Below the pieces are notes generated by a model. The model was not told where the DNA came from. It worked only from the letters and a program-made list of their open reading frames with translations, and did not search any database. A stretch of DNA of 64,000 nt from positions 2,713 to 66,712 of IMG/VR virus record IMGVR_UViG_2910649936_000002; one strand, given 5' to 3'. Within the stretch, counting starts at the first letter, position 1. Each line of letters opens with the position of its first letter. Origin of the DNA: a virus. Taxonomy: Duplodnaviria > Heunggongvirae > Uroviricota > Caudoviricetes. This document shows positions 1 through 9,537 of the stretch, piece after piece. The translations under genes and the position numbers were made by a program.

Positions 1-168
1 TTCGTTGCTCTCAATGGAATACTAATGTGTTCATACATTTCTTTTACACAACTCATATCCGTTATTGTGTTCTCACAGAATTCATTTGTATATGCTTTTA
101 CATACTGTTTATATGACACTTTTTTAAATTTCGCTATTCTATCCAAATCCAAAATCTCCTATTCTTAT

Positions 169-777
169 TTATTGTATATATACATCTGCATATTGTCTTC
201 CAAAATTAATACACTCATCGTAAGTATTCATATAAATATCAATAACCCCTGATGTTGGGCATACGTCTGCAATAGTATATGTGCCAATACCGTTAATATT
301 TATAACTGTACCGATTGGAAAATCGCATGAGGCCGCACAGCCAACATAAGGGTATTCTCCATTTGCCATTGCATTGCCTGTCCATGTATAAGCTGTAATT
401 TGATATGTTCCTGCGTAATTGTTTGTACTTTGCGTATATTCATTTTCGGAATATGTATCTTCTACAGGAGCATAGTATTCTTCAGCCATAACTTCGGGAA
501 CTGATTCTTCTATTGTAATAACTTCTTCCGTACTTTGCGCTTCTTCTACGATTTCAGCTACTTCTTCTGCTTCAGTTTCTTCCGTATTCTCTTTTTCATT
601 TTTGTTTATAGCATCAGCTTCATTAGTTTCATTTTCTTTTATAGTCGTAGCAGTTTTGGTATTCTCTACTTTTTCTTTCCTATCATTAGCATCAGACTTT
701 ATATTATAATAGATGAATCCACTTAATATTACGATAATGCACGTACACAATGCACCAATTCTCATCTTCTTTTTCAT
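169..777 (-). CDS. Secreted or membrane-anchored 3D/DPBB-domain cell-wall hydrolase-like protein with an E-rich linker
   Basis: N-terminal hydrophobic anchor (IGALCTCIIVILSGFIYY) and an acidic low-complexity linker. The C-terminus (YQITAYTWTGNAMANGEYPYVGCAASCDFPIGTVININGIGTYTIADV...IDIYM...FGRQYADVYI) resembles the 3D domain of MltA/YocH-type lytic transglycosylases. Confidence 0.5.
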   Translation of the reverse strand: MKKKMRIGALCTCIIVILSGFIYYNIKSDANDRKEKVENTKTATTIKENETNEADAINKNEKENTEETEAEEVAEIVEEAQSTEEVITIEESVPEVMAEEYYAPVEDTYSENEYTQSTNNYAGTYQITAYTWTGNAMANGEYPYVGCAASCDFPIGTVININGIGTYTIADVCPTSGVIDIYMNTYDECINFGRQYADVYIQ

Positions 778-1124
778 ACGTTATCCTTTCTATCATATTG
801 AATAATTTTATTTCGGTTCATGTCACAAAGAATTTTATTAACTCCTGAAATAACTTTTTTAAGTACGATATTTTTATTTTTGTTAGAATACTCGGAATCA
901 TAATATGGAAAATAAAGCAACTCAGAATTATTATCAATTACATCATAACCAATATAATTATCAGGAAATGACACAAGAAATGATATAGAAATTGTAGGTA
1001 TATCTTTATATTTATACAATGGAAATATTAATTTATAACTTGTCCCATATTTTTTAAAGCCATAATCAATCAGTTTTTCATGGGTGCATGCTTTATTTAG
1101 CTTTAATATCTTTATGCGAATCAC
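774..1124 (-). CDS. Hypothetical protein
   Basis: 116-aa ORF whose start overlaps the end of the upstream gene. No motif recognised. Confidence 0.3.
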   Translation of the reverse strand: MIRIKILKLNKACTHEKLIDYGFKKYGTSYKLIFPLYKYKDIPTISISFLVSFPDNYIGYDVIDNNSELLYFPYYDSEYSNKNKNIVLKKVISGVNKILCDMNRNKIIQYDRKDNV

Positions 1125-1154
1125 ACTCCTTTGCGATAAATATTATGGGACTCA

Positions 1155-1691
1155 TCATTTAGAATCCCATAATACTATTTTTCCCTTTGATAACGATTTT
1201 TGTACATCTATGACACGTTGATTTGTACTTCCAGCCCAGGGGTAATTCAAATCAAACTTGTCTTTCTCATACATACCGTCCACTAAAACATCTGCTCTTT
1301 TCATAATAGACTGTCTTAATGCACTAGTTTCCGTTAAACGATCAACTGAACAATTGGAGAATAATTGTTCAAAAGTGAAGCCTGTGTATATCCATATTGT
1401 TTTTTCAGGAAAATATTTTTTGATTTTATCACATAGCGAAAAGATTGTTGTTAGATTTGATTCATGAAGTGGATCTCCGCCAGTAAATGTAATACCTGAA
1501 ATATAATCTTTGGAAAGCTCCTTAAATAATTCTTCTTCCGCTTCCTTATCAAATTCAATTCCACTTTTAATATCCCATGTTTGTGGATTTTGACATTCAT
1601 CGCAATGATGTTCACATCCAGAGCACCATAAACATACTCTGAGTCCAGAACCATTTAACATATCATCTGTAGTTATATTATGATAATTCAC
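1155..1691 (-). CDS. nrdG: Anaerobic ribonucleotide reductase activating protein (radical SAM)
   Basis: GLRVCLWCSGCEHHCDECQN matches the NrdG CxxxCxxC radical-SAM cluster motif. It sits immediately downstream of nrdD. Confidence 0.85.
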   Translation of the reverse strand: MNYHNITTDDMLNGSGLRVCLWCSGCEHHCDECQNPQTWDIKSGIEFDKEAEEELFKELSKDYISGITFTGGDPLHESNLTTIFSLCDKIKKYFPEKTIWIYTGFTFEQLFSNCSVDRLTETSALRQSIMKRADVLVDGMYEKDKFDLNYPWAGSTNQRVIDVQKSLSKGKIVLWDSK

Positions 1692-1705
1692 TGTCAGGCT
1701 ACCTC

Positions 1706-4700
1706 CTACATAGATTTTCTATCTCTAATTTCCGCATTTTTAGCTTCATTATATCTAGTATCTCCATGTACTCTTGTAAACCCTAAGTATCCATTCATCC
1801 TATCGATTTTAGTAATATCTTTACTTCCACAAACGGGACATTCGCTCATATTTAATTCTTCATGTCCGCAATGCTCACAATATGCAAGTGAAAGATTTAC
1901 ACCCTCATAAAAACCTTTTTTCATAGCTCTACGAATCAATGTTACTACAGCTTCTTTATTATAATTTACAGGATAACGACAATATTGAATTTTCCCACCA
2001 TTAAAGTAATTCCAGAATCTTTCTTCATAGTCTTGTTTTTCTATTGGAGTAATATCTTCCGATACATGGCAATGAAATGAATTTGATACGTATTCTCTAT
2101 CAGATACATTTTCAATAATTCCATATTGTTTTCTGAATTGTTGTACTTGCAATCCGCATAAGCTCTCAGCAGGCGTTCCGTAAATTGCATATAACAATTT
2201 ATCTTCTTCTTTGAACTGATTGATTTTCTTATTTATATATTTCATTACTTCAAGAGCAAATTCACCATCTTCAATAATGGATTTCCCGTTATATAGTTCT
2301 TGAAGTTCATTTAACGCGGTAATACCAAAGGATAATGTCATTGGTTTGAGGATGGATTTAATTTTATCTGTTGGTTTTAATGTTCCTCCATATAATCCAC
2401 CTTCACAAAACGCAACCGGATTTACAGAAGCTTTTATTTCTCCAATATAATCATATGTTCTTTTATGAAGATTACGGATCATTTCAAGATAATAATCCAG
2501 AACTTCCCAAAAATCTTTAGACTCATTTCTTGATTTTGCAAGAATCATCGGCAAATGTAGGCTAACAACGCCTAAGTTAAATCTACCTTCAAATACCGCT
2601 TTATCATTTTCATCCGCCGACTCCATTCCGCCCCTTTCATACCACGGAGAAAGAAATGCTCTGCAATTGTGAGAATAAACACCACTAACTTCAAAATGGC
2701 TACTATCTGTTTCGACATCATAGCTATAGTCATTTTTTTGAACTTTATTCACACTTACTACTGTTGAAATCTGATGATTTCTTTCTGAAAAGCTTTCAGT
2801 ATAATTATTACGTTTTTTCTCACAAGCAATGTATTCAATAAGTTTATTATCTGGATAAAATTCTATTCTATATCTAATAAGAGTTGGGTTATTTGAATTA
2901 TAATGGTTATAATATACTTTTGCAGGCATTCCCAGAGATTGCGCAAGAGCCATTTGTTGTAATGCAAGTTCTTTATTTGTAGATCTAATTTGTACAACAG
3001 ACCCACCGTGTGAATTCGGGTTAATATATCCATCTGCATCAATCATACCAGCAAGAAATGCATATTTACTTTCATTATTCCAGGAAAACACTTCATTAGG
3101 AATATGCCTATTCTTTTTATTTATTCCTCCGAACATACTAGTAAAATAATTAATGGCATACTGAAGATTTGATTTGTCATCTGCAATAGTACATATATCT
3201 TTATAATTCCCTTTACTTCCTCTATTTTGATTTACTATTTTTGAGTCTAATGAAAAATATTTTTTCATCGTAGATATATATTTTTCTGCAATTTCGTTTT
3301 CACCATTTTCTGCAATTGATATAAAAACATGATTATTTTGATAGCATCCATCACAAAGCACTACGCCTAACAACCAAGCTTTATCGGTATTGAATATAAT
3401 GTTTTCTTGATTATATTGTTCTGAATTTATATATATATTATCGTTGCAATTTAATTCGCAAACTTCTTTTGTAATTCCAGAACATGTGGTTATTTTATGA
3501 TCTGATGTGCAAAGTAGTCTTCGCCCGTTTGATAATTGAACATCTACCCATTCATCTGATAAATTACGAATAATCTTTTTTGTATTTACAAATCCATTTT
3601 TCGTGTCATATATCAAAACATCTTTTAATTCCATGTACAAATGTGGTTGACCTACTATTTGCTGTTTTACTTCAAAATGGTCAGTAAGCCTATTCCACAT
3701 ACGTTCGAAAGATTCCACATATAGTTTATCATTAAATTGATATGTTATTACTTCTTTGCCATCAACGCATCCCATTGGACTAACTACCTCGCCATATTTC
3801 TTGTACATACTCGGCACGTATCCTTCACCCGTAAGGGAAAGCCAGTCTGGGTACATAGTTTTCATGCTACACTCAACCCCGGCATTAAACACATCTTCGT
3901 TAATGCAACCTTTACCGTGCAAATTTTCATCATATAAAAACACTAACTTTGGAAATAAAACTGGTTTTTTAAAGCCCTTTTTTCCCTGTCCTTCTTTATG
4001 CACATTTAAAAATGTAATTGAAGCCATCTTTCCAAACTTACTTGTATCAAGACCAAATGTCATTGTAACGAAGGGATAGTCCCCTCTGGAACTGCCAACC
4101 GTGTTTAACTTATATTCAATTCCTTGCCACCCCTGTTCAAAATCTCTTTGGACTTTATTCGTAGCATACTCATTAGCAAGTTTTTCTATCGATACATCAT
4201 CGCATTTATTTTTTCTTGTTATTTCTAAATATTCCTTTTTATAACTCTCAAAGCTCTTTTTGGCATACGGTACTAAAATCGTATCAACTCTTGGAACTGT
4301 AAATCCTCCGTATTGTTGTGCGGCGGTTGAAAGAATAATATCACCCATAACATCAAATGCAGTGTCAAGTGAATTCGGCTCATTATACCATACGTTACCC
4401 ATTTCAAAGCCATCTTTCATCACTTCCCCAACTCGGAACAGACAGCAATTAAACGTGTCTCTTCTAGCAGCCATATCATGCACATATATATATCCGTCAT
4501 TGCATGCTTGCTTTTCATCCGTTGTCATAAAGAATTTCTGATACAATGCTTTATTTAAAACATTAAATACAAGACTTCGTTTTGTAGCTACTAAAGCAGA
4601 ATCAGTATTGGCATTGTCTTTATCACCTATATACATAATAGATTGACTTTTTTCATATACATCATCCATCATTTTTACAAAATCCAATTTATAATTTCTG

Positions 4701-4960
4701 TATTCTTGATATGATTTTCCTACCTCTGGATACATATTAAGCAATGTTTGCTCTACTACATTATGTACAAAACCAATCGGAACTTCCTCATCATCAAAAT
4801 TTTCAGCTTCTATTTCTTCATAAACTCTATTACATATAATTGCATAATCATGATCTGTCAAGGTTATCAATGCTCTTTTTGCAGCTTTTGTCACGGCATT
4901 AATTATCTTTTGCTCATCATAATCTTGCAGCGTATTATCCTTCTTAATAACTTTTAGCAA
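1706..4960 (-). CDS. nrdD: Anaerobic ribonucleoside-triphosphate reductase NrdD, interrupted by a LAGLIDADG intein
   Basis: N-terminal ATP cone (VIKKDNTLQDYDEQKIINAV). C-terminal Zn ribbon CEHCGHEELNMSECPVCGS and glycyl-radical region MNGYLGFTRVHG. Likely TTG start preceded by AGGAGG. An approximately 368-aa insertion lies between SPMG|C and VYSHN|C. Confidence 0.9.
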   Translation of the reverse strand: MLKVIKKDNTLQDYDEQKIINAVTKAAKRALITLTDHDYAIICNRVYEEIEAENFDDEEVPIGFVHNVVEQTLLNMYPEVGKSYQEYRNYKLDFVKMMDDVYEKSQSIMYIGDKDNANTDSALVATKRSLVFNVLNKALYQKFFMTTDEKQACNDGYIYVHDMAARRDTFNCCLFRVGEVMKDGFEMGNVWYNEPNSLDTAFDVMGDIILSTAAQQYGGFTVPRVDTILVPYAKKSFESYKKEYLEITRKNKCDDVSIEKLANEYATNKVQRDFEQGWQGIEYKLNTVGSSRGDYPFVTMTFGLDTSKFGKMASITFLNVHKEGQGKKGFKKPVLFPKLVFLYDENLHGKGCINEDVFNAGVECSMKTMYPDWLSLTGEGYVPSMYKKYGEVVSPMGCVDGKEVITYQFNDKLYVESFERMWNRLTDHFEVKQQIVGQPHLYMELKDVLIYDTKNGFVNTKKIIRNLSDEWVDVQLSNGRRLLCTSDHKITTCSGITKEVCELNCNDNIYINSEQYNQENIIFNTDKAWLLGVVLCDGCYQNNHVFISIAENGENEIAEKYISTMKKYFSLDSKIVNQNRGSKGNYKDICTIADDKSNLQYAINYFTSMFGGINKKNRHIPNEVFSWNNESKYAFLAGMIDADGYINPNSHGGSVVQIRSTNKELALQQMALAQSLGMPAKVYYNHYNSNNPTLIRYRIEFYPDNKLIEYIACEKKRNNYTESFSERNHQISTVVSVNKVQKNDYSYDVETDSSHFEVSGVYSHNCRAFLSPWYERGGMESADENDKAVFEGRFNLGVVSLHLPMILAKSRNESKDFWEVLDYYLEMIRNLHKRTYDYIGEIKASVNPVAFCEGGLYGGTLKPTDKIKSILKPMTLSFGITALNELQELYNGKSIIEDGEFALEVMKYINKKINQFKEEDKLLYAIYGTPAESLCGLQVQQFRKQYGIIENVSDREYVSNSFHCHVSEDITPIEKQDYEERFWNYFNGGKIQYCRYPVNYNKEAVVTLIRRAMKKGFYEGVNLSLAYCEHCGHEELNMSECPVCGSKDITKIDRMNGYLGFTRVHGDTRYNEAKNAEIRDRKSM
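2666..3769 (-). mobile_element. Intein with LAGLIDADG homing-endonuclease domain inside nrdD
   Basis: Begins CVDGKEVITY and ends VYSHN followed by +1 Cys. Two LAGLIDADG-type motifs (LLGVVLCDGC, LAGMIDADGYI). The host sequence flanking it is contiguous NrdD. Confidence 0.75.
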
Positions 4961-4998
4961 TAAATTGACCTCCTATTAATCTACTTTGCTTCATCTTA

Positions 4999-5697
4999 TT
5001 ATTCTTTCTGATATACCATTGAATTCAAGTAAATGAGTTCCTTGTACAAATCAATCCATGATATGCAACGTATATATCCATATTCTTTATTCCATGGATA
5101 TTCTTCTCCAAAAACAAATTTATAAGTCGCATTACTTGTTTTCAAATTATTCGCACAATCATCTATAAAAATACCGTCTGTCATGTCTACACATGATTTA
5201 TCTTTATGTTTATCTAAATCAACACCAATAAATTTAATATCCTTACTAATATGGTTATAAATCCATTCACTCTTTAAATTTAAATTAGGGGTATGACCGT
5301 GAGATACTACATAGACATCAAAATCATACATAAGTAACCACAATAATGATTCTGCATTTTCCATGAATTTGAGATGATTGAAAAAACGCGGTGTGTTGAA
5401 ATAAAAATCGAATATTTCTGACGAGGCACATTTACATTCTTCAAATGACCAGGAATTTATTTCAGATGGTAGAACTTTTTTGAACCCAGAATATTTTAGA
5501 AAATCTTCATTATATAAATCTACAATAGCAGTAATAGTATCAACAATAACACCATCAAAATCTAAGAACAATTTTGGTTTTACGATGATATCACTCCTTT
5601 CCCAGTTCATTCTTGACCCATTCACATACTTTATCCACAGACTCATCAAAAGGTCTATCATTTCGTAGATGATAGTGAAAAGTATGTCTATTTTCAT
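4999..5697 (-). CDS. HAD-superfamily 5'(3')-deoxyribonucleotidase-like hydrolase
   Basis: HAD motif I FLDFDGVIVD. The size and pattern fit the NT5C-like nucleotidase family. The real start is probably the internal MNWERS. Confidence 0.5.
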   Translation of the reverse strand: MKIDILFTIIYEMIDLLMSLWIKYVNGSRMNWERSDIIVKPKLFLDFDGVIVDTITAIVDLYNEDFLKYSGFKKVLPSEINSWSFEECKCASSEIFDFYFNTPRFFNHLKFMENAESLLWLLMYDFDVYVVSHGHTPNLNLKSEWIYNHISKDIKFIGVDLDKHKDKSCVDMTDGIFIDDCANNLKTSNATYKFVFGEEYPWNKEYGYIRCISWIDLYKELIYLNSMVYQKE

Positions 5698-6157
5698 ATT
5701 CTGTAAATTGTAAATTTTCGTCTACATATCGCCTTTTAAAATCTTTAATATCATCTCCACGTTTTTTTGCTCTTTCTTCAGTCAATTTAATTGGTGTGCG
5801 AATATAAATTTCAATAAATTTATATCGGTCGCCACACTTAACTTTCAAATTATCCAAACCCATAGGATCTATTACATACACATCAGACTTATCCAACATA
5901 TTAAATGTTGTAAAATATTTATATCCGTTGATTTCCGTATAAGCAACAATATCATTTTTGTATTGTTTTACTTCTTTTTCAGTAATAAAAATGTGATCTG
6001 CTCCACTTTTTTCCGATTTACGTTGTGGTCGTGTTGTATATGACATAACTGATATTAGGTTTAACCTTTTACAAACTTCTTTTGCAATACTAGACTTCCC
6101 AGATGCGGTACGCCCAAGAACCAAAAATTTAATTGGTTTGCTCACTGAATTCACCAT
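5591..6157 (-). CDS. Guanylate kinase-like P-loop nucleoside monophosphate kinase
   Basis: Walker A LGRTASGKSS. SYTTRPQRKSEKSGADHIFI matches the guanylate kinase signature S-x-TTR-x-x-R-x-x-E-x-x-G-x-D/H-Y/I-F-F/I. YTEINGYKYFTT resembles the Gmk AEVFGNYYGTS block. Confidence 0.6.
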   Translation of the reverse strand: MVNSVSKPIKFLVLGRTASGKSSIAKEVCKRLNLISVMSYTTRPQRKSEKSGADHIFITEKEVKQYKNDIVAYTEINGYKYFTTFNMLDKSDVYVIDPMGLDNLKVKCGDRYKFIEIYIRTPIKLTEERAKKRGDDIKDFKRRYVDENLQFTEYENRHTFHYHLRNDRPFDESVDKVCEWVKNELGKE

Positions 6158-6410
6158 TTTCCTTTTTTAATTTTTCTTTATTTACTTTTGTATGCATTGG
6201 GCATACACCTTTTTTCCATTTCTTCAAAATATGTTTCCTACAGTATCCTTGAGTTTTCCCAAGACATATAGTTAAATTTTTGCAACATGGATATGGACAA
6301 TTATCAAAATTAACTTTAGAAATATCACAAGATTCGATCAAATATTTTACAAAATTATCATTGCTTATTAAATCATCATTATTTAATCTATTCATATTAA
6401 GAGATATCAC
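6129..6410 (-). CDS. Hypothetical Cys-rich small protein
   Basis: CPYPCCKNLTICLGKTQGYCRKH...CPMH cysteine cluster. Confidence 0.3.
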   Translation of the reverse strand: MISLNMNRLNNDDLISNDNFVKYLIESCDISKVNFDNCPYPCCKNLTICLGKTQGYCRKHILKKWKKGVCPMHTKVNKEKLKKENGEFSEQTN

Positions 6411-6449
6411 CTTTATTTATAAAATTTAAACCTTCTCTTTTTAAATTTT

Positions 6450-6683
6450 TTACTTCTCAATTTTCCATTTCCTTATAAAATTGTAAAAATTTTCTTCCAC
6501 ATCAGTTCTGTCACTATGTATAATCACTTCAATCGGTTCAACTAAATTAAGGCTGTGCAGTCCCAAAAAACTTCTACCATTAATAACATGTCTACCTTGT
6601 GTAACTACAATATCACCTTCATAATATGCAATACCTTTTACAAAACAATTAATGTCAGTGATATTATTTAAATTAATTTTCAT
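6450..6683 (-). CDS. Hypothetical protein
   Basis: 77-aa ORF within the minus-strand operon. Confidence 0.3.
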   Translation of the reverse strand: MKINLNNITDINCFVKGIAYYEGDIVVTQGRHVINGRSFLGLHSLNLVEPIEVIIHSDRTDVEENFYNFIRKWKIEK

Positions 6684-6687
6684 TTCA

Positions 6688-6981
6688 TTAGTCTCCTTCT
6701 ATTTTCCAAAGCTTCATATCATTTATAAATCTAGCTATCACTTTTTTATCACATGTATGAATTATTGCTGTACATATATGATCTGGTGAAATACTCATGA
6801 CGCCTAGTGTAGATTTTGCGTCCACTGTATATCGTCCACAAATTAAATCAATATCACAATTATAATCTTGACATGTCGCAATAAATAATGCTGCATTCTT
6901 TGCTGTCTTAAATTGTAGTTTTACTGATACCATTGTCATACCTCCTAACTTATCATCGTTTAATATATCCTTCTCCTCCAT
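6688..6981 (-). CDS. Hypothetical protein
   Basis: 97-aa ORF within the operon. Confidence 0.3.
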   Translation of the reverse strand: MEEKDILNDDKLGGMTMVSVKLQFKTAKNAALFIATCQDYNCDIDLICGRYTVDAKSTLGVMSISPDHICTAIIHTCDKKVIARFINDMKLWKIEGD

Positions 6982-7138
6982 TGCGTAATCTTAATACTAT
7001 GTGTGAAGCGCAGTCAGAATCAGCTAATGAATGACCAATGCAATCAATCACATATTCTTTTCCCTCTAGTTCTGCAAGGATAAAATCATCTTTAATTAGA
7101 GATAATTCTTTAATCATCTGTCTACTTGTTACTATCAC
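6953..7138 (-). CDS. Hypothetical protein
   Basis: 61-aa ORF overlapping the neighbouring gene. Confidence 0.25.
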   Translation of the reverse strand: MIVTSRQMIKELSLIKDDFILAELEGKEYVIDCIGHSLADSDCASHIVLRLRNGGEGYIKR

Positions 7139-7158
7139 GTAATGTTACTTCCCTCCCC

Positions 7159-7482
7159 TTACTTCCTTATCATTGCTATCACTTCATCCTCTGTGATAAT
7201 GGGAATATTTAATTGTTTTGCTTTTTTATTTTTGGAACTATTTGAATTGATGTCATTATTAATTAGATATGATGTCTTTGCACTGACAGAACTAGACACT
7301 TTTGCCCCAAGAAATTCTAGTTTCGATTTTAGGTCGTCTCTATTCGAGAAATGTTCTAAAGAGCCTGTAATAACAAATGTTTGACCAGACAAGTTTTTGT
7401 TTTTGGATTCAGAGCTTTCATTTGTAACAAAGTGTATATTGCGAATAATCTGATATACCCTATCTTCACCATACATTGTCAT
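7159..7482 (-). pseudogene. ligA: LigA C-terminal BRCT-domain segment, in a different frame from the ligA body (frameshift)
   Basis: BRCT-like GQTFVITGSLEHFSNRDDLKSKLEFLGAKV....IPIITEDE. This frame stays open upstream to about 7564 and there encodes GFGEILSQNIHNWF, which matches the LigA HhH region. That places the shift near 7535-7565. Confidence 0.7.
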
Positions 7483-9167
7483 AAACCAATTATGGATATT
7501 CTGACTAAGTATTTCTCCGAAACCATTAATACTTGAAAAGTCAAAATTATTAAATCCTGCATATTCAAATTATCCCATGTTTTAAATACTTTAGTTAGCT
7601 CTTTAGATTGAGATGATCCAATACCAGGAATGCTTAATGCGCAAATAAATTTTGATAATGCAACATTTTTACTCTTTTCTATTGCTTTGGATAATTTAGC
7701 TACAGACTTTGTACCAAATCCCTCCATGCTAATAAGTTCTTGAAAATGACAGGTAAGCTCATAGATATCTGATAGATTCTTAACCCAACCAAGTTCAATA
7801 AATTTTGAAAGAGTTTCATCTGATAAGCCATCAATATCCATTCCTTTCCGGGATACAAAATGAGATACCCTTCCAAGTAGTTTTCCTTTGCAATATGGAT
7901 TAGTACATTTCAAAGCTTCACTATCTTTTTCTTTTATAACCTCTGTTTTACTACCACAGATAGGACATGAAACTGGAATTTCATAGGAATTACTTTTAGT
8001 AATATTGTCTCGAATCTGGGGAATAATTTCATTACTTTTATATACTGTAACCCTATCCCCTACTCCAATCTGAAGATTTTTCAAAATACTTACATTATGT
8101 AGTGAAGCTCTTGATACTTTTGTCCCGCAAAATTCAACTGAATCAAAGATAGCAGTCGGCGTAAGCGTACCTGTTTTACCCATTGTCCAATCAAACCCTC
8201 TGATAATAGTTTCCTCTTCTTCCTCATAAAATTTAAATGCAAGTGAATGTTTAGGGTGATGTCCTGTAGAACCAAGTGACAATCCATATTCGATATCATC
8301 GTATGTGATTACAAGTCCATCTATAGGTGTATGAGTTATCTGCGCCATGCGTTTTAAAATCTCAATTCGTTTTTCTATACTATCTTTTGTTGACATCTTC
8401 AACTGTAACGCACTTACAGTATCAAAGCCTAATATACTCGTTGTGTTTAAACGTGCCATAAAATGATTTCTATAATAAGTAACAAGGTCATTGGCACCAC
8501 AAAGGGAAACTAATTCTGCTTCATTTTCGATATACGGAACCTTCCATGCTACAAATTTAATATGCCTTTTCGCTGCAATATTACTATCTAACTGCCTTAC
8601 GGAACCACTCACTAAGTTCCTTGGATTCTTATATTTTTCATTTTCAGTTAATTCTGAATTAATTTTTTCAAAATCATCGTATGTGATAATTGCTTCTCCC
8701 TCAATTTCAAGGCGATGTTTATATGGAATCTGGAGTGGGATGTTTGTAAACACTCTGGCGTTATGTGTAATAATTTCTCCAGTCTCACCGTCACCTCGCG
8801 TTTCAGCTTGAATCAATTCACCCTTATCATATGTCAAAAGCACTGTTAATCCATCAAGTTTATGCATTAGAACACAGTCATTTTCTCCCATAAAAGCAAG
8901 CAAGTCATCTATATTTTTTGTTTTATTAAGAGATAACATTGGATGAGAATGCTTTACTTTTTCAAGCTTTGATACCGCTTCATACCCCACTGTCTTTGTA
9001 GGCGAATTTACATATGATATTCCAAGTTTATTTTCTAATGCAAGCAATTCATCATATAAATCATCGTATTCTTTATCTGATATCACAGAATTTGAGTTAT
9101 TATAATATTCATAACGATAATAATTTAATTTATTGGTAATTTCTTGTAGTTTATCTCTTGCGTTCAA
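7479..9167 (-). CDS. ligA: NAD-dependent DNA ligase LigA (adenylation, OB, Zn-finger and HhH domains); its C-terminal part is out of frame
   Basis: KxDG adenylation motif MHKLDGLTV. Zn finger CPICGSK...CTNPYCKGK. HhH IPGIGSSQSKEL. The N-terminal NAD-binding region is present. The last 25 or so residues of this frame do not look like LigA. Confidence 0.85.
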   Translation of the reverse strand: MNARDKLQEITNKLNYYRYEYYNNSNSVISDKEYDDLYDELLALENKLGISYVNSPTKTVGYEAVSKLEKVKHSHPMLSLNKTKNIDDLLAFMGENDCVLMHKLDGLTVLLTYDKGELIQAETRGDGETGEIITHNARVFTNIPLQIPYKHRLEIEGEAIITYDDFEKINSELTENEKYKNPRNLVSGSVRQLDSNIAAKRHIKFVAWKVPYIENEAELVSLCGANDLVTYYRNHFMARLNTTSILGFDTVSALQLKMSTKDSIEKRIEILKRMAQITHTPIDGLVITYDDIEYGLSLGSTGHHPKHSLAFKFYEEEEETIIRGFDWTMGKTGTLTPTAIFDSVEFCGTKVSRASLHNVSILKNLQIGVGDRVTVYKSNEIIPQIRDNITKSNSYEIPVSCPICGSKTEVIKEKDSEALKCTNPYCKGKLLGRVSHFVSRKGMDIDGLSDETLSKFIELGWVKNLSDIYELTCHFQELISMEGFGTKSVAKLSKAIEKSKNVALSKFICALSIPGIGSSQSKELTKVFKTWDNLNMQDLIILTFQVLMVSEKYLVRISIIGL

Positions 9168-9364
9168 GTAGTCTCCTCCTCTCTGAATACCACTCCATAT
9201 TCCTTCATAATCTCAATAATTTCTTTTGATGTTCTTTTTTCAATATTCCATTTCAGCATTTCATCTGATTTACATAGTGATAATTCATTAATATCGTTAA
9301 TATCATGCCCTTTCAGAGCCATGTAAGCAGGAATTGACATATTTATCGTTTCTATTTTTGGCAT
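9164..9364 (-). CDS. Hypothetical protein
   Basis: 66 aa. Its stop overlaps the ligA start (ATGA). Confidence 0.3.
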   Translation of the reverse strand: MPKIETINMSIPAYMALKGHDINDINELSLCKSDEMLKWNIEKRTSKEIIEIMKEYGVVFREEETT

Positions 9365-9537
9365 ATTAAAAACTCCCTATCAAACTGGAATCATACATCT
9401 GAAACTATATAACATAGCCACAACAAATCCGAAGGTAATAATCGCATATGGAATATCGCTCAATTCTACACGCCAACCTGTTACTACAAATAAAATCACC
9501 GTAACAATCAATGCTGCAATAATCATCATTATACAAC

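Noticed and set aside
535-726. Numerous plus-strand ORFs of 60-150 aa in the supplied table (e.g. 535..726, 3756..4079, 8491..8811, 13821..14138, 16381..16728, 20066..20443, 49641..49982, 51954..52412, 60133..60831)
   Set aside because: Each lies entirely antisense within a long, motif-rich minus-strand gene. They have low-complexity F/I/L/S-rich translations typical of antisense frames of AT-rich DNA, and none has a convincing RBS.
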